Of a stretch of 64,000 nt of DNA, positions 1 to 10,499 are shown in pieces. A program made the position numbers and the translations under genes. Origin of the DNA: an uncultured Chthonomonadaceae bacterium (GTDB lineage Bacteria; Armatimonadota; Chthonomonadetes; Chthonomonadales; Chthonomonadaceae); the NCBI GenBank assembly GCA_963835065.1, contig CAWIEK010000044.1, positions 160,001 through 224,000 on the forward strand, written 5' to 3'. The notes under the pieces were generated by a model, which was not told the DNA's origin, searched no databases, and worked only from the letters and a program-made list of their open reading frames with translations. Position 1 is the stretch's first letter; each line of letters starts with the position of its first letter.

Positions 1-395
1 AACACAAAGCCACCGAGCATTCCGAAAGCGCCATCCAGAATTTGCAGGAAGCACAGCACGTTGACGATGCCGCGCGCCAGTTCCACGCGGGCAATCAATC
101 CAACGCCCACCAGCAAGGTAATCACGGCAAAGACAATGCTGATCGTGCTGAACAGGCTGCCGGGATGCTTGGACGTAAGGGCGGAAATAACATCGTACAA
201 GCCGCTCACGATCCACCAGCCCGCAATGCCGTAATACGCGGGCCAAACCCACTTCAGGTTCAGAGACTGGCCGGGCGTTTCCTCCTCGTTATTGGCGGAA
301 GCGCGTTTCGGCGCAGAAGTGAATGTATTGCCGCAAAACTGGCATTTCCCCGCCCAATCCGGCAGGGTCGCATTACATTTCGGACAGTTAATCAT
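1..395 (-). CDS. zinc-ribbon membrane protein (runs off the window start)
   Basis: Manual translation from ATG at 395: MINCPKCNATLPDWAGKCQFCG, then hydrophobic segments (WVWPAYYGIAGWWIV..., ISIVFAVITLLVGVGLI). AGGAGG RBS upstream. Not in the ORF track because it has no stop in the window. Confidence 0.75.
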   Translation of the reverse strand, partial: MINCPKCNATLPDWAGKCQFCGNTFTSAPKRASANNEEETPGQSLNLKWVWPAYYGIAGWWIVSGLYDVISALTSKHPGSLFSTISIVFAVITLLVGVGLIARVELARGIVNVLCFLQILDGAFGMLGGFV

Positions 396-429
396 GGCGC
401 GTATCCTCCTTTTTACCTACCTGTTCTAT

Positions 430-2049
430 TTACAGCGCGATTGCTGCTTCTATCTTCTCATCCAGTGAGAATAGACGGTACTTGCCGTCCATCTGCTTTT
501 CCAGCATATAAAGCCCGCCCCAGTGCGCGCCAGCCAGCCAGGTATTTGCGTCCAGAGTCAGCAAATGCGTGGGCGTCCAATTCTTGTGGGTGTTTGTAAA
601 CGCCAGAATAGGATGGATCGTTGTGCCCTGTATGTGGTACAATCCGCGCGAACCTATTGCCAGGAGGCTGCCATCAGCCTGAACTTCCATGCCAGTCACA
701 TCTGCTGATCTCGGCTCGGCCTGTGCATCTGTGGGAGGATCGCTGAAAAAGTCATTGCTAAAGTTGGTCTGCGCGTTGAACAGGGCGATGTGGTAAGCGT
801 CAGATTATTTCGATGTCAGCAGGGAAGAGGCGACGATAGACGAGCCGGCGGCAATCCACAGGCTGCCGTTTCCCCGTGCCAGATAGCTCCAGACATTCTC
901 CCATCGTGGGCCGTCCGAGCCGACCAAGCCCGTATCCTCATCAAAATAGATCAACTTTCGCGGATCAAACAAATTCAGCCAGGAGAGCCGCTTGTCAGTC
1001 TCTCTCTGCCCCTCATCTCGAAAGTATAAACGCCGTCCAATCAACTGTGGCGGCACTCCGCACCGGGGCAGGCTGACGCTGCCATGATACACAGATTGCC
1101 ACTGCTCTTCTGCCCATCGGGTTACGCTATGCGGACGAATGGCAAGCAGATGGTCATGGTCAATCCCCAATCGCAGCGCGCCATCGCCCGGCGGAAGCGG
1201 AAGCGCGTTATGAATTTTGCCATCCACTTCCAGCACAACGTTCGTACCGTTTGTTGTGCCGTGAAAGTAGGCTTTGCCGCCGATCACCACGCCTTCTTCA
1301 AGCCGCGTAATCTCAGGCAGGCGTATGGGGTGTACGACGCGCTGCTGCAAATCGAGGAAAAAACAGGGTGTAGTGAAATTGTCATCGTTCACGCCCCTGC
1401 TGATTTTGGCCGTCAGCAGCACGCCATTTGCGAACGGAGCCATATAGCGGATGCGAAGGCCAGAAGGGGGGCGCGGCGGCAGCGTAAGAATCTGCTGCGG
1501 CTTCCCTGTAATTATCATGCCTGCCATTCGGCTGCGAATTGCCGCCTGTGCCTGCCTGACACGCTTTTTCTCTTTCCTGTCTGCGATTTCGGCCTGTTTC
1601 CAGTAAGCCTGACAGGTTGTTACCTGACCGCGCAAATCAATCGGCTTATGGTTGAGATGCCGCCAAAACGAAGCCAGAATAATGCCGGACATATCATCGG
1701 GATGAAAGATGTCCTGCTTGTTGAACCATTGAGCAAGCCGCAGCCCTTTCCACAATCCCCAATTGTTGCGCAGCCACATTCCCAATCCGAAATGGTAGCC
1801 AAGCATGTCTCGTTCAGCGCCTCGCCTCATATCAGCAAGCAGGGCAGGGTCAAGCATTTTCTGTAGTTCTACGAATGTGTCCGGCAGGTCGCGGGGAATG
1901 TATACTCCCGTTGGGAATGTTTTGCTTCGGGTAGGATGGATACGAAATTTACTCGCATCGGCCTGCGGGCTGCGCTGCGAGGATGATTGCGCCCGCAGGC
2001 ACGGAGCCGCCAACATAAGCAAAATCAAAATCAGCAGAAAACGCTTCAT
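430..2049 (-). pseudogene. secreted DUF6794-like protein interrupted by an in-frame TAA at 805-807
   Basis: Signal peptide; HFGLGMWLRNNWGLW...HPDDMSGIIL motif. ORFs 805..2049 and 430..699 share a frame, and the sequence between them reads LLTSK*SDAYHIALFNAQ... with no other stop. Confidence 0.6.
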
Positions 2050-2099
2050 AATCTCCCCTTGTTAGGATGACAAGAGCAGAACGGCAACAGCGCCCGTTG

Positions 2100-2571
2100 T
2101 TACGACCAGGTTGTGCCCCGGTTGTTGAGCTGCGGCTGTTGCTGTTGCGGCGGGGGCGCGAGGACGGAAAGCGGGTAGGTGGCGATCAGTTCGCCGTCCG
2201 CGTACACTTCCGCCTGATACACGCCGTGCTTGGGAAGCGGCAGGGATTGCAGGTTGAGGCCGATTTGCAAGCGTGGCGAAACTGGCGGTCTTGAGGCTGC
2301 GCTGGACGCCGTTCCAATCGCAGGGCAGATTGGGCGAGTTGAAAATCGCGTCGCCGTCCGGCCCGATGAATTTGAAAACCAGTTCGCGCGCCTGCGGGGT
2401 CGTGACGCGCAGGCACATCGCCACCGCCACGTTTACCAGAACCGGCAACTGCTGCGCCATCAGGGCGGAGTAGATGCCAATGAGCGATTGCTTGCTTGTC
2501 TGCGCCTCGGTAATCACCTGGTCGCACAGCACAAAATAACTTACTTGAATGTCTTTGTCCGTTCCCTGCAT
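2100..2571 (-). CDS. DUF6941-like hypothetical protein, +1 frameshift near 2270
   Basis: FVLCDQVITEAQTSKQSLIGIY N-terminus. After removing one base it continues LQIGLNLQSLPLPKHGVYQAEVYADGELIATYPLSV...* to 2100. Confidence 0.6.
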
Positions 2572-2649
2572 GTTGGTTTCTCCTGTGTTTGCTGTCCTTT
2601 GTTCTTTGTGTCCTCATTATAGGCGAATAGCGCGGATTTTGCAACCGAA

Positions 2650-2678
2650 TTGACGTTTATTCCGTCTTGCACTATAAT
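2650..2678 (+). promoter_or_regulatory. sigma70-type promoter of the fhaA cluster
   Basis: TTGACG-17 nt-TATAAT. Confidence 0.75.
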
Positions 2679-2767
2679 GTAGGCAGAAGTGATAAGGGAT
2701 AAGTGGTAAGTGGTAAGGGATCGGATTACAGGTTCGGCATACTCGCGCCGGAATTTAGGAAAAGCGC

Positions 2768-4088
2768 ATGGACTTGTTTGAGAAAATCAATCGCTCGTTT
2801 GGATCGTGGTACGAAGGGCTGTTTGGCGGCGGCGGTGACGACGTGCGGCCCAAAGACATTCTGCGCCGGATTCTGGCCGCAATGGAAGACAACCGCAAAG
2901 AGGGCTTCGATAACCGCGTGTACGTGCCCAACCAGTACGTGCTGGAAATCAACGTTCACGATGACGAGGAAAAAGACTACCTGCTGTCGTTTTTGGATCG
3001 GGGCGAGTTGGAGTCCGCGATACGTCGTTATTGCAAACAAAACAACTACGTGATTCGCGGCGCGCTGGATTTCACCATTAAAGAGGTAGACGATCCCGAA
3101 CTCAACGACAAGCGCGGCGAGAAAGTGCGCGTTCGCTGCCGCTACAATACCAAAATCACCGGGCCGGAAACTGCTTCGCCTGCTTCGGCGGCAGAGAAAT
3201 TCGCGGCAAACGGCAGTCGCGGACATGCGGACGCGGACGGCGAAGACCGCACGGTTGCCAGCGTGTCGCGCCAGATGGAAGACGAGGAGGGCGGCACGGT
3301 TCCCGCCGTGACGCGGGCCGCCCTTGTCGTTTATGCCCCGGATCGCCCGCCCTTTCGCTACGGAATTGCGCGCGGCAATGTGACGATTGGGCGTTCCAAA
3401 TCCGGCAACGATTTGACCGTTGACAACGACGGGCAGATTTCCAAGCGCCATGCGCGTATCGAACTCGACGCGGACGGCAAGTTCACGGTTTATGATTTGG
3501 GCAGCACCAACGGCACGAAAGTCAACGGGCGGCGCGTGGAAAACCGAACGCTCAACGATGGTGACGAGATTTTAGTCGGCACGACCCGGCTCGTGTTCCA
3601 GCAGGCGCGTCCTGCCGAAATGGATATGGAAGCGCCCGTTGATAACGAGGAAGAATCCGGCACGGTTGCGAATGTGGAAACCCGTACGCCAGCGGCAACC
3701 AACGGCCCTACCGCCGCGCCCACGCGCTCCCATCCGCGACAACGACGGCAGTTCCGGCCCCGCGCCTCCGATTCGTTCGCTGCGCGCCCGCACCGCGCGC
3801 CTTGTGCTGACCAATAAAGGGCATGACGTGGATGATTTTCTCTTAGCGTCCGAAACGGTGATTGGCCGGGGCGTCACCAACGACATCGTACTCCCGGATC
3901 GCTCCATCGCCACGCGCCATGCCCGCATCATCAACGACGGCACGGACTATACGCTGGAAAGCCTGGGCAACGCCGTCACCACGCTCAACGCCCTGCCCAT
4001 GCCCGCAGGCCACGCGCAGCCGCTCAAAGACGGCGACCGCATCGGCCTGGGCGACCTGCTCCTGCGCTTTGAGAGTGGACAACCGTGA
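2768..4088 (+). CDS. fhaA: FhaA-like protein (DUF3662 + two FHA domains), +1 frameshift near 3707
   Basis: N-terminal RPKDILRRIL...VPNQY; FHA motifs IGRS...ISKRHA...DLGSTNGT; second FHA (IGRG...IATRHA...LKDGDRI) in ORF 3639..4088. Confidence 0.8.
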
Positions 4089-4092
4089 GGGA

Positions 4093-4154
4093 AATGATGA
4101 GTGATGAGTGATGAGTGATGAACGGAACTTATTCATCACTCATCATTCAGCATT
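4093..4154. repeat. palindromic element with TGATGAG heptamer arms
   Basis: (TGATGAG)x3-4, short loop, then TTCATCACTCATCATT. Confidence 0.85.
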
Positions 4155-4172
4155 GTTCTTGAAAGCACTCCT

Positions 4173-4271
4173 ATGAACGTACTCTTGGGAATGGCGCGGT
4201 ATTTGATGGCGGCGGGGTTTTTGCTGTTCATTGCGCTGCTGATCGGGCTGATGCGGCGGGATCGCGAATGA
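4173..4271 (+). CDS. 32-aa single-pass membrane peptide resembling an FhaB/FipA N-terminal anchor
   Basis: MNVLLGMARYLMAAGFLLFIALLIGLMRRDRE*, located between fhaA and pstP. Confidence 0.55.
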   Translation: MNVLLGMARYLMAAGFLLFIALLIGLMRRDRE

Positions 4272-4336
4272 TCCGGGGCATCTGAAGTCATACAAAACAA
4301 TCTAAAACAATCCGAATTCATCCGAGGCTGTCTTTT

Positions 4337-6096
4337 ATGGATATACAAACTGATAATTCGCCGACGCGCGGCTTCAACCCGATTGCCGTCGGCTACAAAA
4401 CGGATAAGGGGCGTAAGCGTTCCGGCAATGAGGACAGTTTCGCCGTGTTTTCCGGGGAAGAATTGGGTGGGAATTTAGAGGGCTTGTTCGTGGTTGCGGA
4501 TGGCATGGGCGGCGCGAAGGGCGGCGAAATCGCCTCCAATCTCGTGATTAACAGCCTGCCGGAAGAAGTGCGGCTTGGAACTGCCGAACTGTCCGGCAAT
4601 GATCTGCCGCATGAACTCGCCAATTTGCTCAATCGCAGCATCAATTATGCCAACAGCGAAGTGTGGAACTACAAGCAGCAGCACGAAGGTTTTCAGGGCA
4701 TGGGCACAACCTGCGTAACCGCGATGATTGCGCATGCTCGCAAGTCGTGGGGTGACAAGCAAGGGTTTCTGGTGCTTGCCAATGTGGGCGACAGCCGCGC
4801 GTATCTGCTGCGGCAGGGCCGACTGAGCCAGATTACGGAAGACCATTCGGAAGTATGGGAGCAGGTCAAGGCGGGCAAAATGACGCCGGAACAGGCCGCT
4901 ACCAGCCGCTTCCGCAACACCATTACGCGGGCGATGGGACTGCGCTCGACTGTGAAGCCCGATATTACTATACGTACTCTGGAAGCCGGCGACGTGATTT
5001 TGATCTGCTCCGATGGCCTGTCAATCGAAGTGGACGATCTCACGATTGCCCGTCTGCTTGCCGGCAGCCCCGACCCGCAAACCGCCTGTGACCGCCTGGT
5101 GGAAACGGCTTTGAACAACGGCGGCTCCGACAACGTGACGGTTGTTGCTCTGCACTATGGCGCGTTTACGCCGTTAGACACAGCCACGTCTGCGCGGGAG
5201 CCGATGGCGGATGCCTGGGAGGAGAGCGAGAACGAGGACGTAACCGATCCCAATCAGGTTTGGAAGCGCAGCCTGGGTTCCGGGCGAACGTCGCAGCGGG
5301 AAGCGCCGGAAGAAGCGGAAGAGCGTTACGTATCCGGTTCGCGCCATTCCGCGCGGCTGGAATACGCCGGAGGCGTTGCAACTCCCCGGCGCGGCGTGTC
5401 GCCCCTGCTGTTCGGCCTGTTACTGCTTGCAGCGCTTGCCGAAGGCGCGGGGCTGTACCTGTTTTGGACCGGCAAACTCCAGCCTCGAAACGCCGCGCCC
5501 AAACCGCCGCCCGTTGCCGTTGAACCGACTTCCAAGCCGCTTGCTTATGGAAAGCCCGCGCTGCTGTACGGGCGTTCGCCCTTGTGGGAGGGCGCGCTGC
5601 ACGTTTTGCCGGATGGAAAGTTGCTGGTAGTCACGATAAACGGAGATGTGCTTGCGATTACCGCGTCCGGCCCGCAGAGTGGCTCACTGAACTTTTGGGC
5701 AATACGGCAGGCAAGCCCGTTCCCTTGCTGCAGCCCGTCAAGCGCATGGACGGTTCGATCAAGCCTCCTCCGATCGTGCCCATGCTTGCCGTAGACGTCA
5801 GCGGCAACCGCTACGAACTGAATCCTGCGACTCGCGCCATTGACAAGTACGACCCATCCGGCGTGATACAGGTTCACAGCATCGCGCAGGGCGCGCTGCA
5901 ACTCCCAACTAATCTGACGGTGGATAAATCCGGCAATATCTACGTGATTGACAATCACATTCTCAAAAAGATCACGGCGGTTCCCGACACCGGGCAGGCA
6001 GCAAACTCGTCTAACGCAGCGACAGCCCCGGCAGCGCCACCCGCGCAATCGCCTGCCGCTTCCAAACCGCCTACTCTTGAGCCAGATCATGAGTAA
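4337..6096 (+). CDS. pstP: PP2C (Stp1/PstP-family) Ser/Thr phosphatase with TM helix and extracytoplasmic domain, frameshift near 5695
   Basis: RSGNED, VADGMGG, NVGDSRAY, CSDGL, GGSDNVT motifs; TM LLFGLLLLAALAEGAGLYLFW; C-terminus continues in ORF 5584..6096. Confidence 0.85.
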
Positions 6097-6130
6097 CATA
6101 GGCATGTATGTTGAAGGAGAGCTATAAGCC

Positions 6131-6400
6131 ATGTTGCCACAAACATTAGAAGGGGCTTGGGAAGATATACGCGCCCATGACGCGGAATTGATGGGGCATC
6201 GAGTACGCCTGACGATACTAACAACAGAAATTCCCTTGAAGCAGGCGCAAAGCGTGTCGCAAGGGCCTAATGAGGCAATGCTGACAGCCATGCGGGAAGC
6301 AGAGAAAATTCAGGAAGACATGCATCCGAAGTCTGGTTCAGATTCTGTTGCTATCATCCGCGAGGGACGCGCAGGAGCTATGTATTTGCCATGCCTTTAG
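6131..6400 (+). CDS. small hypothetical protein, antitoxin-like
   Basis: 89 aa with GAAGGAG RBS; ends DSVAIIREGRAGAMY, similar to small genes that usually precede PIN toxins. Confidence 0.5.
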   Translation: MLPQTLEGAWEDIRAHDAELMGHRVRLTILTTEIPLKQAQSVSQGPNEAMLTAMREAEKIQEDMHPKSGSDSVAIIREGRAGAMYLPCL

Positions 6401-8388
6401 GAATGATTGGAAAATACGAAAAGCTGGACGTGCTGGGTTCGGGCGTGTCCGGGATTGTCTACCTTGCCAAAGACACCCTGCTCAACAAGCAGGTCGCGCT
6501 GAAGGAAGTGGACGTGCAGGCCGGGGATTTGCGCCGCTTTTTGGAAGAAGCGCGCGTGATGGATCGGCTGCGCCATCCCAACATCGTGCGCGTCAACAAT
6601 GTGGATCGCATCGAAGGCAAAGTTGTCATTGACATGGAGTACGTGCGCGGGCAGAACCTGCAGGAACTGCTGCGGGGCGAGGGGCCGCTTCCCATTGGCC
6701 GCTCGCTTGATATTGTGGCGCAGGTGCTGGACGCGCTGCACTACGCGCACCAGATGCAGACGGTGCATCGGGACATCAAGCCCGCCAACATTCTCATTGG
6801 GCGTGATGGGCAGGTGAAACTCGTGGACTTCGGGCTGGCCGAAATCCTTGCCACCAATGCGTATGCGGGCGGCGCGGGCACGTATGCGTACATGGCTCCC
6901 GAAGATTTTGCCGAAGATGACCGCTCGGATCATCAGTCCGATATATGGGCGGTGGGCGTCACGCTGTACGAGATGCTTACGCATCAGCGCCCGTTTACGG
7001 TCGCCAAAGTGAAAGACCCGTTTGCGTGGAAGCGCGTTCTTGAATCCGAATCGCCCACGCCGTTAAGCGAGTACCTGCCGGATGCCCCCCCGATGCTGCA
7101 AGCCATTCTGGAACGCGCCCTGGCCCGCGACAAGCAGCAGCGCTACCCCACAGCGGGCGAGTTCCGCGACGATTTAATCCGCTTTCAGCAGGGGCAGCAG
7201 GTTGCCTCGCAAACTCTGCGCCAAGCCCACAGCCGACGCAACCCCCTGCTGCGCCGCAACAATGCCGCGCCCGCTTCCCCTGCCAATACGCCTCTGCCCG
7301 GTTTTTCCGGCGCGTTGCCCGGCAACCCTCTGAACTCGCCCTCCGGCTCCGCGCGCCCTCCTGCAAACATGCCCGCCACTCCCATAAGCAGCACAGGTCA
7401 ACCCCTGCCCTGGTGGGAACGGGGTGAAGAAGGGATAAGGGAGGGAACAGGGAACAGGGAACAGGGAACAGAAGATAGTGGCCTATCAACTATCAACTAT
7501 CAACTACCAACTACTGAGCGCATGGTGGCGGATGTGAATCAGCCGAGTGCGAACAACAAGGCGCAGGCGAGTGGAGCGTCTGCGGAGCGCAAGGCTCGGC
7601 TGCCGTTTGCGCGGCGCGACTCGACGATGCGCCTGACGGTGGAACCGGGGCGCGTGGATTTTGGGGCGGTGCGCAAGGGCGAACTGCCGTCCGTGAAGAT
7701 TACGGCGCGGGTCACGGGCGGGGATGGCATTGTGGAGGGGCGCGTGGTTCATTCCTCGGACTGGCTGACCGTGCATCCGCCCGCCATCAACCGTGCCAAA
7801 CAATCGCTGACCTTGACCGCGCACTCTGCCCGCGTATGGGAAACGGGTGAGTTCCACGAAACCGTTCGCATTGAAACGAACGCGGGAACGGTAGACGTGC
7901 CGACGCGACTTGTCGTGCTTCCCGCGCGGCCTTCGTTTATGCAGGCCGCTGTTTGGTTTGTGCCGCTGTTCGGCGCGGCCTTATTGCCCGCGCTGGCAAT
8001 CGCCTTTGCGGGCGGCAACGGGCATCACGGCGCGGACCTTCTGGCGCGCTACACGCCGAGCGCGGCAACCGTTTCGGGCGCGTTGGGACTGATGCTGCTG
8101 CTGGTCAGCATTGCCGCCGACATCGGTATTGCGGAGCGTATCGCCTGCGGCGTGATGATCGCGGTCATGGGAGCCGTATTGGGCATGTCGAGCGGCCATG
8201 CATCGAATGGTTCCGTCCACCGCGCCGGCATAGAAAGCGCGTTCGTCCTGGGCGGCTTCATGGGCGGCATACTATTGCTGCAACTGCTGCACCTGCGCAA
8301 ATGGAAATTATGGGCGTTCGTGGTCGCCGCGCTCGGCCTCGCGTTCGGCGGCGCATTGCTGCAAATGCTGGGGGTGAGTGTCGGCTGA
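6391..8388 (+). CDS. Hanks-type Ser/Thr protein kinase with Ig/BACON-like domain and C-terminal TM helices
   Basis: LGSGVSGIVY, VALK, HRDIKPAN, DFG, YMAPE, SDIWAVG motifs; several hydrophobic helices at the C-terminus. Confidence 0.92.
   Translation: MPLGMIGKYEKLDVLGSGVSGIVYLAKDTLLNKQVALKEVDVQAGDLRRFLEEARVMDRLRHPNIVRVNNVDRIEGKVVIDMEYVRGQNLQELLRGEGPLPIGRSLDIVAQVLDALHYAHQMQTVHRDIKPANILIGRDGQVKLVDFGLAEILATNAYAGGAGTYAYMAPEDFAEDDRSDHQSDIWAVGVTLYEMLTHQRPFTVAKVKDPFAWKRVLESESPTPLSEYLPDAPPMLQAILERALARDKQQRYPTAGEFRDDLIRFQQGQQVASQTLRQAHSRRNPLLRRNNAAPASPANTPLPGFSGALPGNPLNSPSGSARPPANMPATPISSTGQPLPWWERGEEGIREGTGNREQGTEDSGLSTINYQLPTTERMVADVNQPSANNKAQASGASAERKARLPFARRDSTMRLTVEPGRVDFGAVRKGELPSVKITARVTGGDGIVEGRVVHSSDWLTVHPPAINRAKQSLTLTAHSARVWETGEFHETVRIETNAGTVDVPTRLVVLPARPSFMQAAVWFVPLFGAALLPALAIAFAGGNGHHGADLLARYTPSAATVSGALGLMLLLVSIAADIGIAERIACGVMIAVMGAVLGMSSGHASNGSVHRAGIESAFVLGGFMGGILLLQLLHLRKWKLWAFVVAALGLAFGGALLQMLGVSVG
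7443..7513. repeat. in-frame tandem-repeat insert, (GGGAACA)x4 ... (CTATCAA)x4, in the kinase linker
   Basis: Read directly; translates as GTGNREQGTEDSGLSTINYQLPT. Confidence 0.85.
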
Positions 8389-8504
8389 CGCTGACACCTC
8401 CCTGCATCGCTGTGCCTGCCTGTTGGTGTTCCTGATTTCCGTAAACATCCCCGCATACTCCTGCTATTCTACTTATTTGTTGCGTCTTTCAGCGTCATAT
8501 AACG

Positions 8505-8533
8505 TTGACAGCATGACGCCAAACCGCTATAAT
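8505..8533 (+). promoter_or_regulatory. perfect-consensus sigma70 promoter for the membrane operon
   Basis: TTGACA-17 nt-TATAAT. Confidence 0.85.
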
Positions 8534-8657
8534 AGACTTTTCATCCTGAGACTTCGCCATTTTATCTTTCTCCGCTGAGAATGTTCCGCCCTTGTCCAAA
8601 GAATACCATTCAGCCTTATGCGGGGAAACGTCAACGCCGCCCATTCTGCACCCTGCT

Positions 8658-9174
8658 ATGACTTTGTGCTGGCGCGTTCATTTGCTGAGGCGCGAACCGG
8701 AACGACTACCAATTCTGCTGTTGGTTGTCGGAGTGGGCGCGGCTTGCGTATGGCTGATGTTCGGAACACTGTTGCCCATGCTGGCGGCGCTCCTGCTGTT
8801 GATGGGAAGCGTCAGCGAGTATCTGTTTCCGATTACCTATCGGCTCACGGACACGGAAGTATGTCAAGAGTTCGCTCACGTCCCGCATACAGTTGCCGTG
8901 GAAGGACGCGCGCCGCTGCAACATGGGACACAACGCGCTGCTACTGACTTCCCTGCCTGTTCCGTCACGCCTAGATGCTTTTCGCGGCGTCCTGCTGCGC
9001 TTTGCCCCGGAGGGACAACCCGGCGACTACGCTTCTGTTTGCGCGATTGTTTCTCACTATGCTCCTCATGTTCTGCCGGATGACATTGCCGCACATTTCG
9101 CAGACAAAGGAATTGCCAACGACGAAGCTGCCGATTCCTGCCATGTTGACAATGAAGACAATGTTGAGAGATAA
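8658..9174 (+). CDS. conserved hypothetical membrane protein, +1 frameshift near 8871
   Basis: MTLCWRVHLLRREP, two TM segments, YLFPITYRLT; continues SLTSRIQLPWKDARRC...SRLDAFRGVLLRF in the next frame. Confidence 0.65.
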
Positions 9175-9261
9175 GGGCTGTGCAGGGGAAAACAACTTGC
9201 GTGGAAACGCTGCAAATGAAAATGCCACAGCCGCGTAGTTTTGCCTGGAGAATCCACAAAC

Positions 9262-9555
9262 ATGACGGCCTTTGATTGGGATGCGGAACTTACGGACGAG
9301 CGGCGTGACGCCTTGATTGACCGCCTGGCGCAGCAAATTCAGGCGCGGCGCATGAACCTACCCGCCATTTTGTTTTTAGAGATGCACAAGCCGCTTGCGT
9401 TTCTGACCGGGCAGGGATTGCTGCTGAGTTCCGGCTTTCTCGCGCCTCTCTTCGGCCCGCAAAACGTGCAGCAGTACGCCCGCCTGTTTGAATCCCGTGA
9501 CAACATAGAGTTGCTGATTCGGAGGATAGAGGAGGAGGTAGACGGTAGAAGGTAG
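9262..9555 (+). CDS. conserved hypothetical protein
   Basis: LTDERRDALIDRLA...PAILFLEMHKPL...NIELLIRRIEE; GGAG RBS. Confidence 0.75.
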   Translation: MTAFDWDAELTDERRDALIDRLAQQIQARRMNLPAILFLEMHKPLAFLTGQGLLLSSGFLAPLFGPQNVQQYARLFESRDNIELLIRRIEEEVDGRR

Positions 9556-9667
9556 ACGGTAGACGGCAGCAAATGCACTGCTTCCACCCTATGATTTCTA
9601 CAAGGCTATGAGCAAGCAGGTATGTCTACTGTCTACTGTCTACCGTCTACCGTCTACCTTCTACTCC
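9534..9667. repeat. palindromic element with GGTAGAC / GTCTACC heptamer arms
   Basis: Left arm contains the TAG stop of the upstream gene; right arm (GTCTACY)x5. Confidence 0.9.
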
Positions 9668-9677
9668 CGGAGCGCCC

Positions 9678-10460
9678 ATGGAACACGCTAACACCGCCGT
9701 GCGCCTGTTTGTGCCGTTGTTCAGCCTGATTATCGTGGCGATGATTTTGACTGCCCGGAAGCGTTCGCTGTTTATCCGGCGGATTCAGGGGCTGACGGCC
9801 ATAGATGAAGCCATTGGACGCGCTACCGAAATGGGCCGTCCGATGCTGTGCTGCAACGGGCTAGGCCGCGCCACGACAAGCGGCACGGACATTGACACGC
9901 TGCAAGCGCTGTCCATCATCAACTACATCATTCGTTCGTCGGCCAAGTTCGGGACGCGCGCCATCGTGCCCATCTATCAGCCGACGACCCTTCCCATCGC
10001 GCAGGAGATTGTCCAGAACGCTTACGCGGCGGAGGGGCGGAGCGATCTGTATAATCCGAGTGACGTGCGCTTTTTGTCCAATCAGCAGTTCGCGTTTGCC
10101 GCAGCGGTTTCGGGCATCATCTGGCGCGAACAGGTGGCGGCCAGTTTCCTGTTCGGCTACTTTTATGCCGAAGCCCTGATTTTTGCCGAAACAGGGCAGC
10201 AGGCGGGCGCGATACAGGTAGCCGGAACGCCCACGACGACGCAAATCCCGTTCTTCATTGCCGCCTGCGATTACGTGATTATCGGCGACGAATTTTACGC
10301 GGCAAGCGCGTATCTGTCCCGCGAACCGACGCTGTTAGGCAGCCTCGTCGGGCAGGACATCTGCAAGGGCATTGTAATTGCTCTCGTGGTTATCGGCTGC
10401 GCGCTGGCGACCCTTGCGCCCACGCTTGCGCCGAAGTTTATAGAGTTTTTGGCGAAGTAA
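9678..10460 (+). CDS. DUF6754-like membrane protein
   Basis: IRRIQGLTAIDEAIGRATEMGRP...QIPFFIAACDYVIIGDEFYAASAYLS signature. Confidence 0.75.
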   Translation: MEHANTAVRLFVPLFSLIIVAMILTARKRSLFIRRIQGLTAIDEAIGRATEMGRPMLCCNGLGRATTSGTDIDTLQALSIINYIIRSSAKFGTRAIVPIYQPTTLPIAQEIVQNAYAAEGRSDLYNPSDVRFLSNQQFAFAAAVSGIIWREQVAASFLFGYFYAEALIFAETGQQAGAIQVAGTPTTTQIPFFIAACDYVIIGDEFYAASAYLSREPTLLGSLVGQDICKGIVIALVVIGCALATLAPTLAPKFIEFLAK

Positions 10461-10499
10461 CTCCTGTCATCCTCAACGTCAGGTAAAAGGAATGAACGC

